64,000 nt of DNA, taken from positions 23,740-87,739 of the IMG/VR virus record IMGVR_UViG_638275429_000001. One strand, written 5' to 3'. Origin of the DNA: a virus (Duplodnaviria; Heunggongvirae; Uroviricota; Caudoviricetes; Straboviridae). The notes under the pieces are model-generated. The model had not been told where the DNA came from and ran no database searches. It saw only the letters and a program-made list of their open reading frames with translations. Positions 61,951 to 64,000 of the stretch are shown here, piece after piece. The position numbers and the translations under genes are program-made. Position 1 is the stretch's first letter. Each line of letters begins with the position of its first letter.

Positions 61951-62929
61951 CTTCTACCGAGCAATTGTAACCAGCAAGTTTCGAACAAAAAACTTGCTAA
62001 ACTTCTATGACATGGTGGGCGACGAGCCCACCAAAAACACCATTTATGCCTCATTTGGTCGCGACACCCCATGGTCATCTAACGAAACCGACCCAGGATT
62101 CGCTCCTCCATATCCAAACGACTCTATTGATGGAATTGTCGATATGTGGACGAACATGCTAGGTATGGTCAAAATTGATAAATCCCTGCTTGACGCTATT
62201 ATACCGCGCAAAGACTGGGGTGATATTCGATATGACAACCCAAAAACATTTTTCATCGACGATATTGTTGTTGTTAACTCCGCAGTGTATAACCGCACAG
62301 ACAGTTCAACTGGGTGGATGATTTATCGTTGTGTTGATGTACCTAATATCGGGTCGTGCTCGATTGACGGTATTGACGACAAGATTGAATGTATCACTAT
62401 TGGCGGCAAGTGGACTGCGACCCATGAATCTGTTGAGCCGCCGCGCGGAACAGCAATGGCTATCGACATGGGTGATGGATACATATGGGAATATTTGTAC
62501 ACGATTCCACCTGATGTTTCGATTAACCGATGCACAAACGAGCATATTGTTGTCCCGTTCCCGGATGAATTGGTCGCTGATCCAGCGCGATGGGGTTATG
62601 AAAACACCATTCTTTGGTACCCGGACGACATAGATCTGGTGTATCGCGTCAAAGTTGATACTCTTCGATTTAGAGCGTATATGGATTCGATATACTTCCC
62701 GGAAGCCTCGCTTCCTGGTAATACCGGATTCCGCCAAATGAGTGTTATTTTAAACCCATTAGTAAAGAAAAACCAACCTGCAGACACTGACGTCAAAGCT
62801 ACTGAGGTCGCATATAAACCCGAACAATTAGAAAAAGATTCTGGCGAAATGGTTTATATGGAAAACAGGCAACCAATAACCCGCGCTTTGGATCAAACCG
62901 AAGAAATCAACATCATATTCTCATTTTAA
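61940..62929 (+). CDS. 8: gp8 baseplate wedge protein
   Basis: 329 aa; YRAIVTSKFRTKNLLNFY...PWSSNETDPGFAPPYP...GDGYIWEYLYTIPPDVSINRCTNEHIVVP...LPGNTGFRQ...MVYMENRQPI...DQTEEINIIFSF collinear with T4 gp8. Confidence 0.92.
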   Translation: MMSNFYRAIVTSKFRTKNLLNFYDMVGDEPTKNTIYASFGRDTPWSSNETDPGFAPPYPNDSIDGIVDMWTNMLGMVKIDKSLLDAIIPRKDWGDIRYDNPKTFFIDDIVVVNSAVYNRTDSSTGWMIYRCVDVPNIGSCSIDGIDDKIECITIGGKWTATHESVEPPRGTAMAIDMGDGYIWEYLYTIPPDVSINRCTNEHIVVPFPDELVADPARWGYENTILWYPDDIDLVYRVKVDTLRFRAYMDSIYFPEASLPGNTGFRQMSVILNPLVKKNQPADTDVKATEVAYKPEQLEKDSGEMVYMENRQPITRALDQTEEINIIFSF

Positions 62930-62938
62930 GGATCAAAC

Positions 62939-63796
62939 ATGCTACAGGATACCAAAAAACGCGTTGACGTCGGTGTCATAGGTAACCCTTCGACCGGCGA
63001 TATCTTATACGACGGCGGCGTTAAACTAAATACAGTTATCGATGCTCTTTATAACACATTTGGGGACTATCGCCTCTATTCATCGGCATCTGAAGGTGCC
63101 GATTCTCAAATACTGCATGCCACCGGTTTTTATCAAAAACTGTCTCGCCAGTATTATGCCGGTAACCCGGTAGATATTGGTTCGATGCATGATGCCGATA
63201 CAACTTCCGGTGCACTGACCATGACTCTGCCCAACGCCAAATTAGGAGAAGGTTGCATATTCATAAATAGTAATGGGTCCATCTCACCAGCAAATCCGCT
63301 GATTATACGGCCTCAGAGTGGTGAAACAATACTTGGAACTTCCGGCAACTTGACAATCACTTCCCCATATTCTCGAATTGTTGTATGGTGCACGAAGGCT
63401 GACGGAAACCAAAAGTATTGGGAATATGGAATTACTCCCTTGTTTGGTGATTCAATGATGCCAGTTGAAAAAACTATTCTGGCTACCGCAACACCGACAA
63501 ACATAAGAATCGCAGGTAAAAACGAATATGTTGCAATAAAATTATTGATTGCAGCTAAAAACAATGCCGGCACGGCTTTTAAAACAGCTGAAACGTTCAT
63601 CGCAATAGACACAATAACAAACGAAGTAATAAACACAGAATATGCTGTATTGAAAAATACGGACTCAGAACTTTACGATATTCGTTTTTTTATTGGCGCC
63701 GGCGATAACGTTTATGCTGAGGTCAAGTCCTTAAACGGGCAACTTCGTTTTTCCATTAAAGCTATTGATACCGTAAAGATTGGGGCAACATCATAA
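62939..63796 (+). CDS. 9: gp9 baseplate wedge / tail-fiber socket protein
   Basis: 285 aa; KKRVDVGVIGNPSTGDILYDGGVKLNTVIDALYNTFGD matches T4 gp9 N-terminus. Confidence 0.88.
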   Translation: MLQDTKKRVDVGVIGNPSTGDILYDGGVKLNTVIDALYNTFGDYRLYSSASEGADSQILHATGFYQKLSRQYYAGNPVDIGSMHDADTTSGALTMTLPNAKLGEGCIFINSNGSISPANPLIIRPQSGETILGTSGNLTITSPYSRIVVWCTKADGNQKYWEYGITPLFGDSMMPVEKTILATATPTNIRIAGKNEYVAIKLLIAAKNNAGTAFKTAETFIAIDTITNEVINTEYAVLKNTDSELYDIRFFIGAGDNVYAEVKSLNGQLRFSIKAIDTVKIGATS

Positions 63797-64000
63797 TGGA
63801 ACTAATCAAAATTGGACAAGTTGTTGATGACGGCCAAGGCGATTATTTGCGCCGCGGCGGTCAAAAGGTTAATGACAACTTTACAGAGTTATTCACGCAG
63901 TTAGGTGACGGTGATCGCCCATTTGCAGCAGGAGCATGGAAAAATCACACGGTCGGTGTATTGACTCCAAAGTTTGGCGAATCATGGGCGATCAATACAT
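63796..64000 (+). CDS. 10: gp10 baseplate wedge protein, 5'-partial (continues beyond window)
   Basis: MELIKIGQVVDDGQGDYLRRGGQKVNDNFTELFTQLGDGDRP matches T4 gp10 N-terminus. Confidence 0.85.
   Translation, partial: MELIKIGQVVDDGQGDYLRRGGQKVNDNFTELFTQLGDGDRPFAAGAWKNHTVGVLTPKFGESWAINT

Noticed and set aside
1-64000. Integrase, attachment site or prophage boundary, and defence islands of bacterial origin
   Set aside because: No tyrosine or serine recombinase motifs were seen. The architecture throughout is that of a lytic T4-like genome.

Overview
This window looks like a segment of a T4-like (Tevenvirinae-type) myovirus genome, readable in T4 map order. Three blocks are present.

1. Core replication and recombination block (1-6.2 kb, all minus strand). 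It carries gp44 (partial), gp45, an RpbA-position ORF, gp45.2, gp46, gp47 and the late sigma factor gp55.

2. Hyperplastic accessory region (about 45 kb, almost entirely minus strand).
- A 'promoter-early stem-loop' (PeSL) repeat cassette sits immediately upstream of at least 14 small novel ORFs.
- It carries nrdD and endonuclease VII (gp49), then NAD+ salvage genes NadV and NatV (as in KVP40-group vibriophages), a compact class I RNR (nrdB then nrdA), thymidine kinase and thioredoxin/glutaredoxin-like genes.
- It carries several ADP-ribose/nucleotide-associated genes: a TARG1-like macro domain, a NADAR domain, a SLOG/DprA-like protein, a CYTH protein and two Pol-beta-type nucleotidyltransferases.
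- It carries a GspS-like ATP-grasp, a secreted lytic transglycosylase, a GrcA/YfiD glycyl-radical spare part, and a lipoprotein / type-IV-pilin-like / SPFH trio.
- It ends with a cluster of about 19 tRNA genes, all on the minus strand.

3. Structural block (50.4-64 kb). It reads 57B(Acb1-like)-57A-1-3-2-4 (minus), then 53-5 (also minus, inverted relative to T4), then divergent 5.4-6-7-8-9-10 on the plus strand.

Other points:
- A perfect 108-bp inverted repeat pair lies 46 kb apart.
- A family of GC hairpin terminators recurs through the accessory region.
- The tRNA cluster carries covarying 3' trailer hairpins.
- Overall GC is low (about 43% by eye).
- NadV/NatV, the many tRNAs and a GrcA-like protein resembling enterobacterial/vibrio GrcA suggest a KVP40-like vibrio/enterobacterial host. 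That host assignment is inference only.
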